Of a stretch of 64,000 nt of DNA, positions 28,558-44,589 are shown in pieces. Each line of letters starts with the position of its first letter. Within the stretch, counting starts at the first letter, position 1. The notes under the pieces were generated by a model. It was not told the origin of the DNA and did not search any database. It was given only the letters and a program-made list of their open reading frames with translations. The DNA comes from Octopus vulgaris. Taxonomy: Eukaryota. The translations under genes were made by a program, and so were the position numbers. Where the stretch lies: positions 21,390,001 through 21,454,000 of the forward strand of contig OX597835.1 in NCBI GenBank assembly GCA_951406725.2. Reading direction: 5' to 3'.

Positions 28558-28800
28558 TTTAAAAAATGTTATCAGACACCAGTGCCAACTCAAGACTTTC
28601 TAAAATACAGGAATGGTGGAGACCATGCCATAAGCTTTCTTTTAATTGATCCACACCATACCCAGATTAGTATGTCTTCTCTTGTAGTCATTCAGCACCA
28701 TTGTGTCTATCACAAGTCGACCCTTTGTCAGTCGGCTTTTCCTGCTTCATTCCTTCTTTTTCACTGGTAGTTTGTCATTCAATTCAAGGAAGTGATACAT

Positions 28801-29206
28801 AGGCGCAGGGGTGGCTGTGTGGTAAGTAGCTTGTTTACCAACCACATGGTACCGGGTTCAGTCCCACTGCGTGGCACCTTGGGCGAGTGTCTTCTACTAT
28901 AGCCTAGGACCGACCAAAGCCTTGTGAGTGGATTTGGTAGACGGAAACTGAAAAGAAGCCCGTCGTATATATGTATATATATATCTATGCATGTGTGTGT
29001 TAGTGTGTCTGTGTTTGTCCCCCTCGCATTGCTTGACAACCGATGCTGGTGTGTTTATGTCCCCGTTACTTAGCGGTTCGGCAAAAGAGTCCGATAGAAT
29101 AAGTACTGGGCTTACAAAAGAATAAGTCCCGGGGTCGAGTTGCTCGATTAAAGGCGGTGCTCCAGCATGGCCGCAGTCAATTGACTGAAACAAGTAAAAG
29201 AGTAAA
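28801..29206 (+). mobile_element. SINE family B
   Basis: Full-length match. Confidence 0.92.
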
Positions 29207-29214
29207 ATAATACA

Positions 29215-29400
29215 ATTAGATAATATTCCTGCATCAACTTCCACATCAAGGGTAAGCAGGAGATTGGCCGGTTATTATCCACTGAATTATGTTTAGCGGG
29301 GTCCTTTTGAAAAAGCACCGTTTTAGCTATGGTCATCCACTTTGTGATTTCCCCTTCGTAGTTGATCATTTTCCTCCATTTGCGTAGCTATTATTTTGTG
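29215..29400 (-). mobile_element. R4/Dong-like LINE RT N-terminal fragment
   Basis: KWMTIAKTVLFQKDPAKHNSVDNNRPISCLPLMWKL matches the non-LTR RT entry motif (KDPxKG..NYRPITCLP.MWKL). Confidence 0.75.
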
Positions 29401-29531
29401 CAATGTAAGGAAACTTTTCAGTTAATACTCTTTACACCGTTATCGTTAGCTGCCTGTTTTCTTTGACCATTTCTCTCATAAATGACGTCCATTTTTAGGT
29501 TACCACCCATCGGTATTTTTATCGAGACTGA

Positions 29532-29767
29532 AGGCGGTGAGCTGGCAGAATCGTTAGCACGCCGGGCGCAATGCGTAGCCGTATTTCGTCTGCCGTTACA
29601 TTCTGGGTTCAAATTCCGCCGAGGTCGACTTATTGCCTTTCATCCTTTCGGGGTCGATAAATTAAGTACCAGTTACGCCCTGGGGTCGATGTAATCGACT
29701 TAATACCTACGTCTGTCCTTGTTTGTCCCCTCTATGTTTAGCCCCTTGTGGGTAATAAAGAAATAGG
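29532..29767 (+). mobile_element. SINE family C with 17-bp TSD
   Basis: ggtatttttatcgagac on both flanks. Confidence 0.92.
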
Positions 29768-30096
29768 TATTTTTATCGAGACACCATCTCTAGCAAGGCT
29801 GCCCACCTAGGCGGAAGAGGTTTTACTCCCTTGGCTTTTGAAATCAGAATGGGCCTTCAGCTTGGCTGATTACCCGGCAATGCTAACGAACTCAACCTAT
29901 CCAAAGCACTGGTTATTTGAAAGCGCCAAAATCTCGTATCTTCACTCCCTTCTCTTGCTAGTTCCAAAGGGCTTCGCCATGCGAAAGACAAGTGTTGGAT
30001 TTCACTGTCAGAGGCTATATTCTGTGCAGACCATTGGGGCACTTTATAAGCGAAAGGCGCTCAAACCCTTTCACCACCCTAACAATGAGAGTTTTC

Positions 30097-30517
30097 TACT
30101 TACTCTTTTTACTCTTTACTCTTTTACTTGTTTCAGTCATGTGACTGCGGCCATGCTGGAGCACCGCCTTTAATCGAGCAACTCGACCCCGAGACTTATT
30201 CTTTGTAAGCCCAGTACTTATTCTATCGGTCTCTTTTGCCGAACTGCTAAGTGACGGGGACATAAACACACCAGCATCGGTTGTCAAGCAATGCTAAGGG
30301 GACAAACACAGACACACAAACTTACACGCACACACATATATATATACATATATACGACGGGCTTCTTTCAGTTTCCGTCTACCAAATTCACTCACAAGGC
30401 TTTGGTCGGCCCGAGGCTATAGTAGAAGACACTTGCCCAAGGTGCCATGCAGTGGGACTTTACCCGGAACCATGTGGTTGGTAAACAAGCTACTTACCAC
30501 ACAGCCACTCCTGTGCC
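30097..30517 (-). mobile_element. SINE family B
   Basis: Full-length reverse-complement match. Confidence 0.92.
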
Positions 30518-30519
30518 TA

Positions 30520-30943
<424 letters not shown>

Positions 30944-31497
30944 GAGTGAGAGAGCAGTTCATGCCATCAAAGTGACACTGGGGTAAAATATACGAAGCCC
31001 AATATACCCATCATGACTACCCGTCTGATAAAGGTACACCAGGCACATGCATCACAACCATATGTGCGCGACATGGTGATCTCATATCAAGATAAACAGC
31101 ACATGACCTTGCAGGTGGGGCCCAGTTAGAATTTTCTTCAGGTTGAGTAGCCCATCCTGCTCAAACGGTCCCTGAATAAGGGTTGCTTTAGGATGTTGAA
31201 CGAAACACCTATGTTTCCAGAGGTGAACCATTCAAACTCCAAAGAATCCCTCTCAACACATGGCCATGATGCTCCCCCACTACTTCTGCTCGTGATCAGA
31301 GATGCACATATCGTCAGCCACTAAGGGACATGCTCAACTGGTTAAGGTCAAACAACTGACAAGCAAATCTGTGGTATTGAGCAGAATATTTGCTGTAGCC
31401 CATCTTTTATACCAAGACAAAACAATGTACATGATAACACTTCCAATCAGTTAAGATCAGAAGCCATGAGAGCCACTGCCTGGTACTGCATCAGGGC

Positions 31498-31500
<3 letters not shown>
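30944..31500 (-). mobile_element. Second copy of the 557-bp (TAA)n-flanked element
   Basis: Reverse complement of 5249-5805 with the same termini. Confidence 0.85.
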
Positions 31501-31554
<54 letters not shown>

Positions 31555-31590
31555 TACTATTATTATTATTATTATTATTATTACTACTAC

Positions 31591-31626
<36 letters not shown>

Positions 31627-31655
31627 TACTATTATTATTATTATTATTATTATTA

Positions 31656-31752
<97 letters not shown>

Positions 31753-31787
31753 CATAATTATTATTATTATTATTATTATTATTATCA

Positions 31788-31836
<49 letters not shown>

Positions 31837-31844
31837 CATTATTA

Positions 31845-31893
<49 letters not shown>

Positions 31894-31997
31894 CATTATT
31901 ATTATCATTATTATTATTATTATTATTATCATTATTATTATTATTATTATTATTATCATTATTATTATAATTATTATTATTATTATTATTATTATTA

Positions 31998-32040
<43 letters not shown>

Positions 32041-32090
32041 CATTATTATTACTTCATTATTATTATTATCATTATTATTATTATTATTAT
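31501..32090. repeat. (TTA)n/(TCA) microsatellite
   Basis: Seen directly. Confidence 0.97.
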
Positions 32091-32587
32091 CTCACCATTT
32101 TCAAATACGACCGAAAAGTCAAGTAATTTTGTAACAGCAATCGCTGAAAAATATAGACAATATCGTAACTTTTAGAGTATTACCTATGCATTTTTCTATT
32201 GGTGCTTTTGTTATTGGGGGTTTTTGTTTCGATATTTTCAATATCTATTAATTATATCTTAAGGGCCTGATGTATTGCTTTTCAAAGGCAGTCACTTTAT
32301 TTAATGCACCCTTCCCTATGGATACGTATCAATGACTTAATCTAGTCGACGTCGTCGTCAGCATCGTCTTTATATGCACTTAATTGGGTCGACTTCGCTT
32401 AATTATTTACGACGTGAAATTTTCCCGAAGCTAATTTGTTTTCGAGTGATGGAAAAATTATCTTTTATGGAAGAATGGGAATGAGAATAAGACGAGGAGG
32501 AGGAAGGGGAGGATCAGGAGCAAGAGGAGGAAAAGATAGCAGAAAATGAAGAAGCATTTTATAACTACTTTATATACATGTACGACC

Positions 32588-32639
<52 letters not shown>

Positions 32640-32826
32640 TTCCATGTATATGTATATGTATATAGATAGGAAGATAGTTCAGACAGGCACACAGAAAGGC
32701 AAATAGATAGATACATACATACATTCATACATACTTACATACATACATACATACATACATACAGACATACTTACATACATACATATATAAATACATACAT
32801 ACATATTTACATACATACATACATAC

Positions 32827-32857
<31 letters not shown>

Positions 32858-32883
32858 CATACATACATACATTCATACATACA

Positions 32884-32917
<34 letters not shown>

Positions 32918-33048
32918 CATACTTTCATACATACATACATTGATTGATAGATAGATACATGTACACTCACAAGCAGATATGTTGATATGGGAACATGTAC
33001 ACATACAAACACATATATATATATATGTATGCATATACATATATATAC

Positions 33049-33119
<71 letters not shown>

Positions 33120-33271
33120 TATAAATATATACATGCAGACACATATATGTACGTATTTATATATACATGTAAGTATCCATACAATTAGAAATCATTCTAC
33201 GTTTTCGCATAAGATTCACAGGTCTTATAAAATAAAACTAACATTTTCTCATTTAACAAAAAAAAAAAAAA

Positions 33272-33342
<71 letters not shown>

Positions 33343-33832
33343 CAATAGCAAAAACTAAAAATTCCACAGAACAAAGAAGATAACAAAAGAAGACAAGAAT
33401 TGTGTATCTTATCTAATTACATTTCCAACATACGTGTCGTAAATCATCTTCAAACACATTATTTTTATTATTTTTATTAATATGTTTTTTACTACTTTAA
33501 ATGAGGATTTGCTCCAATGGTACATACGTACAGTGAGAAGCAGCGTTTAAAGAGTGCAATAGTAGATTGCTAGCGATTTTTAATAAAGCATGACAGAATC
33601 TAATTCCATTCTAACATTGATTGATTACAATAAAGGTAACATGTATTGCAATTCAAATTCAGCATTATTACTTGTGACACTCCGGTCTCGTTAGTATTGA
33701 GTATTAGTTCGCTTAGTTCACTTTCATTTATAAGCTTTTATTCAAGAATAAGAAGTGAAGGAGGTCCAACAACTTCAAACAGGCTAGAAACAGCAGCAGT
33801 ATATATAATATACACACACACATATATATATC

Positions 33833-33876
<44 letters not shown>

Positions 33877-33877
33877 C

Positions 33878-33957
<80 letters not shown>

Positions 33958-33962
33958 GATAA

Positions 33963-34053
<91 letters not shown>

Positions 34054-34569
34054 CAGATATAGATATAGATATAGATGTATATGTAAATAAGGTTAAGATC
34101 GATATTTAAATATCGATCTTATCAGGTGGCCAGCATGGGAATAAAAACATTCAAAAGTAATAAGTATCATTAAAATTATAATTTAGTCTATCTAGGAGAT
34201 ACCACCACGCTGGAAATAGCACCCAAAACTTGACTCTAAAACCACGTTAAATGTTCATACAGCACCAGGACTCTAAAATCACATAAAATGTTCATACAGC
34301 ACTATATATATATATATATATAACAAATAATGTAGGTTAAATTTTTTTTTCTAAAAATTATAATGGTTATTGACAATTTTGTCTTTTTGGGTGCATATTG
34401 GCATTAGAAGTTTTCTTTTGCCCTTATTTTGTAAGTTATTTATATATATATATAACCCTGCGATTTAATATGGGACCCCTTGATGACAACTTCGTTTGAT
34501 TATCCCTCGTATGAGAAATTACTACTTCCGAGTTTCTGCTAGCTATGAAACACACACACACAGACACAC

Positions 34570-34608
<39 letters not shown>

Positions 34609-35835
34609 TTAATGTAAGAGTTGTATTCTATAGAAAATATATTTATGTAGCACATGTTACCTGATTTGAAACTCTAAAGTTTGTGTAGGAGGGATAAATA
34701 TATTTATCATATCAAAACTTGACAGTCTATTCTAAGTTTCGTCCTTGGTCGTTCACAAGTAGTCTGAGGCGAAATTCAGAAAAGATTACCAATTGGTTAG
34801 ATAATGTGTGTATATGTGTGTATAAGAGAGAAAGCAAGTGTGTGTGTGTTTGTGTGTGTGTATAAGAGAGAAAGTAAGTGTGTGTGTGTTTGTGTGTGTG
34901 TATATATATTTGTAGAGTGAAAGAGTCTGTGGTGTGTTTGAGGGCAAATATAGCCAAGCAACAGTCTTTAATCATATTTCTTTCTTATACAGAAAAGAAG
35001 AATGCAACGCAATTCTCCAACTATGAGTGGAATTTGAAAGAACATGTTATCTTCGCGAGATGTGAACCATACAGAAGCAGTAAAAAAAAATACGGGTTAT
35101 ATATAGTTGAAAAAAGCTACATATTCAAAAATCGTCAGCAATTCTAAATTTCGGAAGAAATATATTACTAAGTGTTTCCAGTTTGATAAATGTCTCCTGA
35201 AACACTGGAAGATTATACCACAAAATGACTAAATGACTAAATATAATAAAGCTTTTTTGCCAGGAAGAACATCTCCATTTTACGCCTCGGATTTTTAACT
35301 CACATTTTGAGACATTCCCTCCCGATAGTCACTTAGATTTAACCATCAATTGATAAAAATTGGAAAATTTTACAAACTATGTTCCACAAAATTAATATCC
35401 TTAGAAATGTTCTGACAATTAAGAATGGTACAGATCTTATCAGCTTCGTTATTTTCAGATTCTATACATTTTAAAAAACAAATAAAAATTTGCTTCCTCA
35501 TGCACTATTATTATATGCTTTTTTTTAACAGGCACAAAATATCAGTTTTCCAAAAAGCTCTGTACTCATGAAATATATGCATTTTTAAATATATTTCATA
35601 TATAATGTATTTATTGTTTTTTCTCTGATATATTGTTTTGTATTATTTTAATTTTCTTTTCTAAATTGCAAGCTTTTCCCTCTTCACTATTTTTGAAATT
35701 ACGATATTATTGTCAAACAAGAACACACTTTTGTTCCCGCTCTGTCTAACCAACACTTATACGGATATTTGAAAGGATTCGCTATTGTTATAGATGTGTG
35801 TGTGTGTGTGTGTGTGTGTGCGCGTGTGTGTGTGT

Positions 35836-35906
<71 letters not shown>

Positions 35907-36074
35907 TTCGCTTCATTTTCCTTAAAAGTTCGAATAACGGAATGATAAACGCTCAGTAATGTCTTCTGAAGTTTCAGCTATTCTAACATTATAAAATTCT
36001 ACTTAAATCTTAAGTATTCAAACAACTCCGTTTTTAATCACATATACATAAATGCACCTATATGTGCATGCACA

Positions 36075-36170
<96 letters not shown>

Positions 36171-36385
36171 ATATTTTATATACGTATCTTATATCCCAAA
36201 ATGTAAATATATAGATACACATGCTTATCTGTACGTATATATATATAAATATATGTATATATGAGTGTGTCTGGGTGTTTGAGTATATTATGTATATATA
36301 TGTATATATACATGTGCATATATATCTATAAATATATATATGAATATATATATATATCTATGTCATATATATGTATACATATAGC

Positions 36386-36428
<43 letters not shown>

Positions 36429-37172
36429 ATGTGTGTATATATATATACATATATATGACATATATATATATATATATTTATATATGTATTTATAGATATA
36501 TATGCACATGTACGTATACGTATATATATATATATATATGGACCGTATTCCCAAAACAAATTTTCCTCAATATACATACATGTATATATATGTGTGTATG
36601 TGTGTGTGTGTGTGTGAGTGTGCGTGTGTGTGTATGTGTGTGTATGTGTGTGCGTGTGTGTGTGTAATTGTGCGAATTGCTAGGCCTGTTTCGTTTCATA
36701 GTCGATTATTCCTCTTATTTGCTACTATTCACGACACTTCACAAGTAGATGTTCAGATTATCGATTACCACCAAGATGATGTTCACGCTATTGAAAAAAA
36801 AAAATTATTCCAGCGAAAATTTGATAGACGCAAAAGTAAGATATTTATTTGTAGAACAAAACAAAAAAAAAACAGTAAGAAAAAAAAGATAAAGAAAAAC
36901 AGTCAACGAAAAACTAAAATCATTTATATGTTCTCACATGTGAAAGATAAAAATAGAGGCGAGCGAATGAATAGAGATGAAGATGTGTTTATCGCTGGAG
37001 ATAATTGTTTGATAGATGTTTTGAGAGGAATGGTATAAAGAAGATATTTGAAGGTTGTTGGCTCTAAATAATGGGGAGAATATAAGAATAGATATTGGAG
37101 AGATAGATATCTATCGCCTCTCCCTTTCTTTTCTCTTCTTTCAATCACCCTCTCTCCCTGTACGTACGTACG

Positions 37173-37207
<35 letters not shown>

Positions 37208-37214
37208 ATGTATG

Positions 37215-37264
<50 letters not shown>

Positions 37265-37424
37265 TAGATAGATAGATATAGATATATATATATGTGTGTA
37301 TATATATATATATATATAAATACATATATATACATATATATAGTGAGAGAGAGAGAGATTAATAGGTATAAGTATTTTCAAACAGGCAAAGACTAAGCCT
37401 AAACACACAGACACGCACACTCAT

Positions 37425-37507
<83 letters not shown>

Positions 37508-37585
37508 CTTTCACAACTTAATTTGTTTATATAAATATAAACTACTTATACGTATGTATATATGTACATATGTATGAGGGTAGCT

Positions 37586-37625
<40 letters not shown>

Positions 37626-39266
37626 CATACATATATATTTATTTATACATATATATATATATGTATATAAATATGTATTTATTTGTACATATGTATATAT
37701 GTATGTATACATACATATATACATATATGTGCATATATAGAAATACGTTTCCAAGTATATGAATTTAATTAAATTTTAAGCTTTCAATGTAGATAATGGT
37801 ATATATTATTGATACATATCATTGATAATGTTTTATATTATTGATAAGACAGTTCTCGATTGAGATAGCATTAATTGAAATATGAATTAGACATCTAAAT
37901 ATACTGGAAACAGCATAATGGTATACTGTCTGCCTGATACCCCAGTCTGAAAGTTTCATATGTTTTATATACAATCATTAGTAGGTGAAGATGAGAGATC
38001 TTATAACCATATGTAATATCTAGTTTATGTCTAGGGTGTTACAAGTATTCCAAAGCTGAAGCACAAAGCAACGGAAGAATCAGAAAGTGAGTGTAATATA
38101 TGTATACTTAGAGGTTTCGGGAATAAGCGCAAGGTTGACTAAGTACGAAGCTTGCTTCGCCGCCATGTGGTCTTGGACTCAGTGCATTGTGTCGCCTTGA
38201 ACAAGAGTCTTCAGCTATAGCCCGAGGACACTTGAAGCCTTATTTTTGCACTACATACTTAAAAACAATGACAGACACCTTTTCGATAATAAAGTATTTT
38301 TTTAGAAATTAATGAATTTTTTAAAACCCCAATCAACCAGTTAGTACGCATTTCGGCCAGTTTCTTTTTGTCCTGCGCACTCATAAATGATAGGACAATT
38401 CTTGAAAGTGAGAAGAGATTTTGGAAATCGGAGATCACCGTTACAATCCTTGCTTCATTTACTTTCAAACACAAAATGAAACGTAATTTAAAACCAATAG
38501 CGAAATTCGTTCAAATTTTTCTCATTAACCTCATTTATCCTAAAATTTCGGCTTTTTTCCGGGTCAGGAGAATTATTTTAAAATTCATAGTTTTAAAATA
38601 CGGACAGTTCGAATCTGCAATTTGGTTCTGTTTATAATTTCAAAATAATTTTCAGACGATAAGTTGTATGATTTAAGGGAGAATCCCACGACCATCTGGT
38701 ACCTTTCTCGGTCCTTTGTGACTTTGACATGTGTTGATGTTTTCGATATTTTCTCCCCAGAAATATACTCTATGGAATGACGTTGCAGTGATTCATTGCT
38801 TTTAACCCCCGTCCTGCAAAAAGCGAGTCCGTGTATGTGTATATGAATGTGTGTAAGGAATTTCATTTGGGCGACAAAGTGATTTAAGAAAGGTGTGTAA
38901 TAGTTAAATTATTGTAATAGCATACATCTCTGAGAGTAAATATGTTTTTTTCTTACATACATGTACGCACACACATACACACGCACACACACTCACGGAC
39001 ACGCTTGGTGCGGGTTGTACGTTAAAACCTTAAATTAGACACCTTATTTGTCCTTTTCTATTCCCGATATCGTATCATGTTGTTAAAATATATAACCTCC
39101 ATCCCGGCCCATGATTATCGACGAGAAGTATCCAAGTCGTTTGATGAACTGAAAAGAACAATTTGCAGAGTTTTAGCGCTGCTAAATAACTAAGTATTCT
39201 ACAGACTTCACAGACACAAATAACATTTCGGGAAGGATCAGCATGACGCAATTTATAACAAAGATA

Positions 39267-39467
39267 TCTCTTTCTCTTTTCTCTTTTACTTGTTTCAGTC
39301 AGTTGACTGCGGCCATGCTGGAGCACCACCTTTAGTCGAGCAAATCGACCCCGGGACTTATTCTTTGTAAGCTTAGTACTTATTCTATCGGTCTCTTTTG
39401 CCGAACCGCTAGGTGACGGGGACGTAAATACACCAGCATCGGTTGTCAAGCAATGCTAGCGGGACAA

Positions 39468-39552
<85 letters not shown>

Positions 39553-39717
39553 TACGACAGGCTTCTTTCAGTTTCCGTCTACCAAATCCACTCACAAAGC
39601 ATTGGTCGGCCCGGGGCTATAGCAGAAGACACTTGCCCAAGATGCCACGCAGTGGGACTGAACCCGGAACTATGTGGTTGGTTAGCAAGCTACTTACCAC
39701 ACAGCCACTCCTGCGCC
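39267..39717 (-). mobile_element. SINE family B
   Basis: Full-length reverse-complement match. Confidence 0.92.
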
Positions 39718-39857
39718 CATGGAGTATTTTGGGCCTCATAATGCCGATATAATCCGTCTGATAGGCTTCATCACAGTTTCCGCACATCCCAATTTAATCC
39801 ACATGCCTCTGTTATGAAATACTTCCAAGTGATAATACGAAGTGGAGTCAAACTAGA

Positions 39858-40012
39858 AGCTGTGAGTTAATATGCTTGTTTCCCAATCAAATGGTTCTGG
39901 GTTCAGTCCCACTGCGTGGAAACTTGGGCTAGTGTCTTCTACTATAGGCTTGGGCAGACCAAAGTCTTGCGAATGGATTTGATACACGGAAACTGAAAGA
40001 AGCCTTTCGTAT
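39858..40012 (+). mobile_element. SINE family B degenerate 5' fragment
   Basis: gggttcagtcccactgcgtgg..cttggg..gtgtcttctactatag. Confidence 0.75.
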
Positions 40013-40109
40013 ATGTATATATGTATATATGAGTATTTATTATATTAATAGCATTACTACACGTAAATGCCTCACGCTTAGAAGGACTCTTAAAATCAAA
40101 ATTACCGTA

Positions 40110-40148
<39 letters not shown>

Positions 40149-41667
40149 TAATAAATAAAACATATGCATATATATATACATATATGTACGTACCTACCTC
40201 TACATGTATATATACACGCATATATGAGTACAGGACACCACAAAAAACGTCGAACACAATGAGAAACGAAAACATTGACACAAACCCAAGGAACTGGATA
40301 TTTTTCTTAAACAACAAAAAGATAGAGTACAGGACAAATAACACAAGGAAAAAACCCCTTCTTCAGTCGCCATGGTTTCATCTACTCTACGTTTCGAAGG
40401 TGAAGGCGAGACGTATCTTCGATAGAAACTTTCCTTCCTGCGAAAAGCAAATCAAATAAAATTTGACATCTTTTTGCAGAGGGGCAAAAATGGTAACAAA
40501 AACAGGACAGTAACGACAGTACAAAATATAAGCAGTAAAAGACAGGACAAGGAAAATAACAAGACAAGAAGGGCTGTTATATATATACATAATGTATAAT
40601 GCCCGTAATATAATAAATGTATTTAAAGGGAATAATTATAAATTTTTCCTTATTTGTCTTTCACGCTGACCACTTGATAAATTCTTATATAGATTTTATC
40701 CTATATTTAATTGTATATTTGACTATATAGATATCTTTATGTGTCTTTGTGTATGTATTTGTTCCCCGTTGTTAGTATGTTTGCATCCTCGTAACTTAAT
40801 AGAAACGAATAGGATGAGTACCCAGCTTTAAAAAATAAGTACTGGGGTCGATTCTTCAAGGCGGTACCCCAACATGATCGCAGTCTAATGGTGGTGGTAC
40901 TGCTACTAGTACCAGCACCACCACCAGCACTACCACCATTACTACTACTACTACTACTACTAGTATGCATATAGATATATATATATATGTAGTAGTAGTA
41001 GTAGTAGTAGTAGTAGTAATAGTGGTCGTGCTGGTAGTGGTGCTGGTACTAGTAGCACTATTGGTAGTAGTAATAGTTGTAGAATGAGAAAGTAGTAATA
41101 GTAGTAGAATGAGATGTCGACAAGGACCATTACGAGGAGGCCGAGGAGGAAGGGAGGATGTGGAGGACGAAGAGGACAAGGCGAGAAGATGGTGGTGGTG
41201 GTGGTGGTGGTGGTGGTAGATGATGTGGTGGTGGTGGTGGTGGTAGATGATGTGGTGGAGGTGGTGACGCAGTTGGTAATGGTGGAGGATCCCCATCGAT
41301 TAAATCAGGCAATTGTTTTTTATTTCTTTATCACTGTCGAGGTGTAATTACGAAGAGTGCAAGTGAGAGGCGTCAGACGTCTCCTTCTAAATCGATATGA
41401 ATTGATTATAGTAAAGGTTATCATCTGTCATCATGAGATAAGTGGGTGTTCAACAAAGTCTTCTGGTGGGATGATCCGGGTTTTCCCATAAGGAATTGTG
41501 TAGTTAATATCAGGCGTAAATGTGAGATGTGCAAGTGAGCATTGTGATATATATATATAAATAAACATGTATATATATATATATGCGTGTGTGTGTATGT
41601 ATATATGTATGTAGATATGTATGTAGATATGTATATATATATGTATGCATATATATTGCGTATGTGC

Positions 41668-41716
<49 letters not shown>

Positions 41717-41778
41717 TGTATATATCTGTATATATATTTATATGCATGTTTATGTATATATATATATATACATATATA

Positions 41779-41844
<66 letters not shown>

Positions 41845-41999
41845 AGCCATGTGTGTGTTTGTATGTATATATACATCTATACATACATCAATATATATAT
41901 ATTTATATATATATTGTGTATCTCTCTATATATATATGTATATGTGTGTGTGTGGTGGGGTGTGCGTGTGTGGGAATGTATTATATACATATGCATATA

Positions 42000-42044
<45 letters not shown>

Positions 42045-42804
42045 GTGTTCGTATATATGAATGTATGTGTTTGTGTGTCCCAACTCAAATATATGGATAT
42101 ATATACACACATAAATAATTACACACAATTATTGTTTGCGTGTTGAAGAAATCTATTTATATAGACCTATATACACAAATATACATGCATATATTATTTA
42201 TAAATACGCACACACATACATGCATACATACATACATACATGCATACATACACGCATGCATACATGCATAGATACATATGTACAGATGCGTATTGAAATA
42301 TGTATACAACTGGATGTACGTGGATATGTGTATTTACATAAACGTATTGTATGTCTGTGTGTCTCTGTCTCTCTGTCTCTCTTAGCGTCTCTGTTGCTGT
42401 GTCTACAAAACGAAGTATTGGTACTTTGGTATTTTATTATTTAATGGAAAAACAACTGTAATATTTTTTCTGTTTGATGTCTGGATAGGTTTGCTGTTGT
42501 TGTTGTTTGTTGTTGTTTGTTATTTGTTGTTGTTGCTGTTTCTGTTCTGATATTTCAGTTTGGGAAAGTTTACGAAAAAAGAAAAAAAATTTGTTTTTAG
42601 ACAATTCAGAAGGAGAAGTAGGAGTATGAGGAGTAGGGGGAGTAGGAGGAGTAGGTGGAGAATGATAGAGAAAGAGAGAGTGAGAGAAGTGCATTGACGG
42701 GGATGACCTTTGTAGGCCTTCCTCCTTCACTGGCAAGATGAATGTGGCTGCGTTTTACTCTGAAACTTTATGTTGGTGGGCCCCTGCAAAAGCGGTTGAG
42801 GGTA

Positions 42805-43036
42805 AGCGGCGAGCTGGCAGAATCGTTAGCACGGCGGACGAAATGCTTAGTGGTATTTCGTCTGCCGCTACATTCTGAGTTCAAATTCCGCCGAGGTCGA
42901 CTTTGCCTTTCATCCTTTTGGGGTCGATAAATTAAGGACCAGTTACGCACTGGGGTTGATACAATCGACTTATTCCGTTATCTGTCCTTGTTTGTCCTCT
43001 CTGTGTTTAGCCCCTTGTGGGTAGTAAAGAAATAGG
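42805..43036 (+). mobile_element. SINE family C with 14-bp TSD
   Basis: ggttgagggtaagc on both flanks. Confidence 0.92.
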
Positions 43037-43763
43037 TTGAGGGTAAGCAATATTTCTTCCAAAATGAGAAAATTTCTCAATTGGCTGAACTTCTGGGGAA
43101 GAGTGGTGCTACAAAATGCTTCGTTTAAGGTGCAAATTTGTTGCTTGTATTCACAGCAACAAGTAACGGGAAATACAGAAGGAACAATGGATTGGAGAGG
43201 AGAGCCAGAGAACAATTCATGGAGGCCATTATCAGAAGTAATATCAAGCAGAAACAGACATGATGGCGAAAACGGAACTGGTTGATGAGCTCATGGCTGA
43301 AATATGTTGGTATGTGAATCTTTCCATGTCCGTCCATCCACGATGAAGACCATCTCGTCATTTTGGATTTGCGATTGGAATTGCGATTTGAGAGTGGTTT
43401 GGTGAATGATCAGGCCTAGTCGCAACAGGAAAGTTTTCTGGCGGTTTAGCCAGGGAACAGCCTTTGAAGTTGAGAATTTGACGGCACTTGCTCTCGATGA
43501 AACTGGCTGTCTTGTTCCGGAGAACTGGCGACTAGAGTGCTCCTGTAGATGATTTTTCCAGAAATTCTTGGCTGGTAGTACTGCTAAGGGACACCACTAG
43601 TTCGAGATAAACTGTAGACACAGAAGTGTCGCCAGTTGGGACAGTCCGATACGTGCACAGTGGTGGACTGCATGCAGTCGTGCCAAATGTTATTGACTTT
43701 TGGAGTTATGTCAAACAGCTGTTGTAATATAGGGAATGGAGCCGGCTATCGGCGGTTAAGTGG

Positions 43764-43794
<31 letters not shown>

Positions 43795-43871
43795 AGGGAA
43801 AGAAAGAAAGGAAGGAGACACACAGACAATATGTATGAAAGAGAAAGACAGAATACGTCTGGGTGAGAGAG

Positions 43872-43905
<34 letters not shown>

Positions 43906-44589
43906 GCATATGTATATAATACATTCCCACACACGCACACCCCACCACACACACACACACATATACATATATATATATAGATACACAATATATATATATA
44001 TTGATGTATGTATAGATGTATATATCCATTCCTTCTTTTATAACGATTGATCTTACTGCATATGTCGCTTTCTGAGGGTTTTTTAAGGCAGTAGCGGGCG
44101 ATTTGATGGAATTTTGGCTGCTGTTTCTAACGGATCGAGTGACAAAAACGAGGTTGATGCCGTTATTATTGCTGTTCTTCTTCATCTCTTTCACTTTCTC
44201 ATCTGCCTTCTCATCCTCCACCTCCTCCTTCTCCCATTTCTTGCTTCGTCCGCATATCAATCTTGATTGAACAGACATTATCATAGGCATTCCAAGCATA
44301 AACATGCAGTTATACTTTCACACGTAGTATCTCTGTGTCCTCTTTTACACAGTATACTAGGATTTGAGTTATACTTAGCTGTCATTTTTAGCAGGTTAAG
44401 CCTATGTGTATTTGCTCATACTGGTCATGTTATTGTTGTTGTTACTGCTGCTGCTGTAGATCTCTAATCTTTTATCTTTCACTTGTTTTAGTCATTAGAC
44501 TGCGGCCATGCTGGTGCACTGTCTTGGGGAACTTTTATTCGAGTGAATCAACTCCAGGACTTTTTCAAGCCTGGTACTTATTCTAGCCG

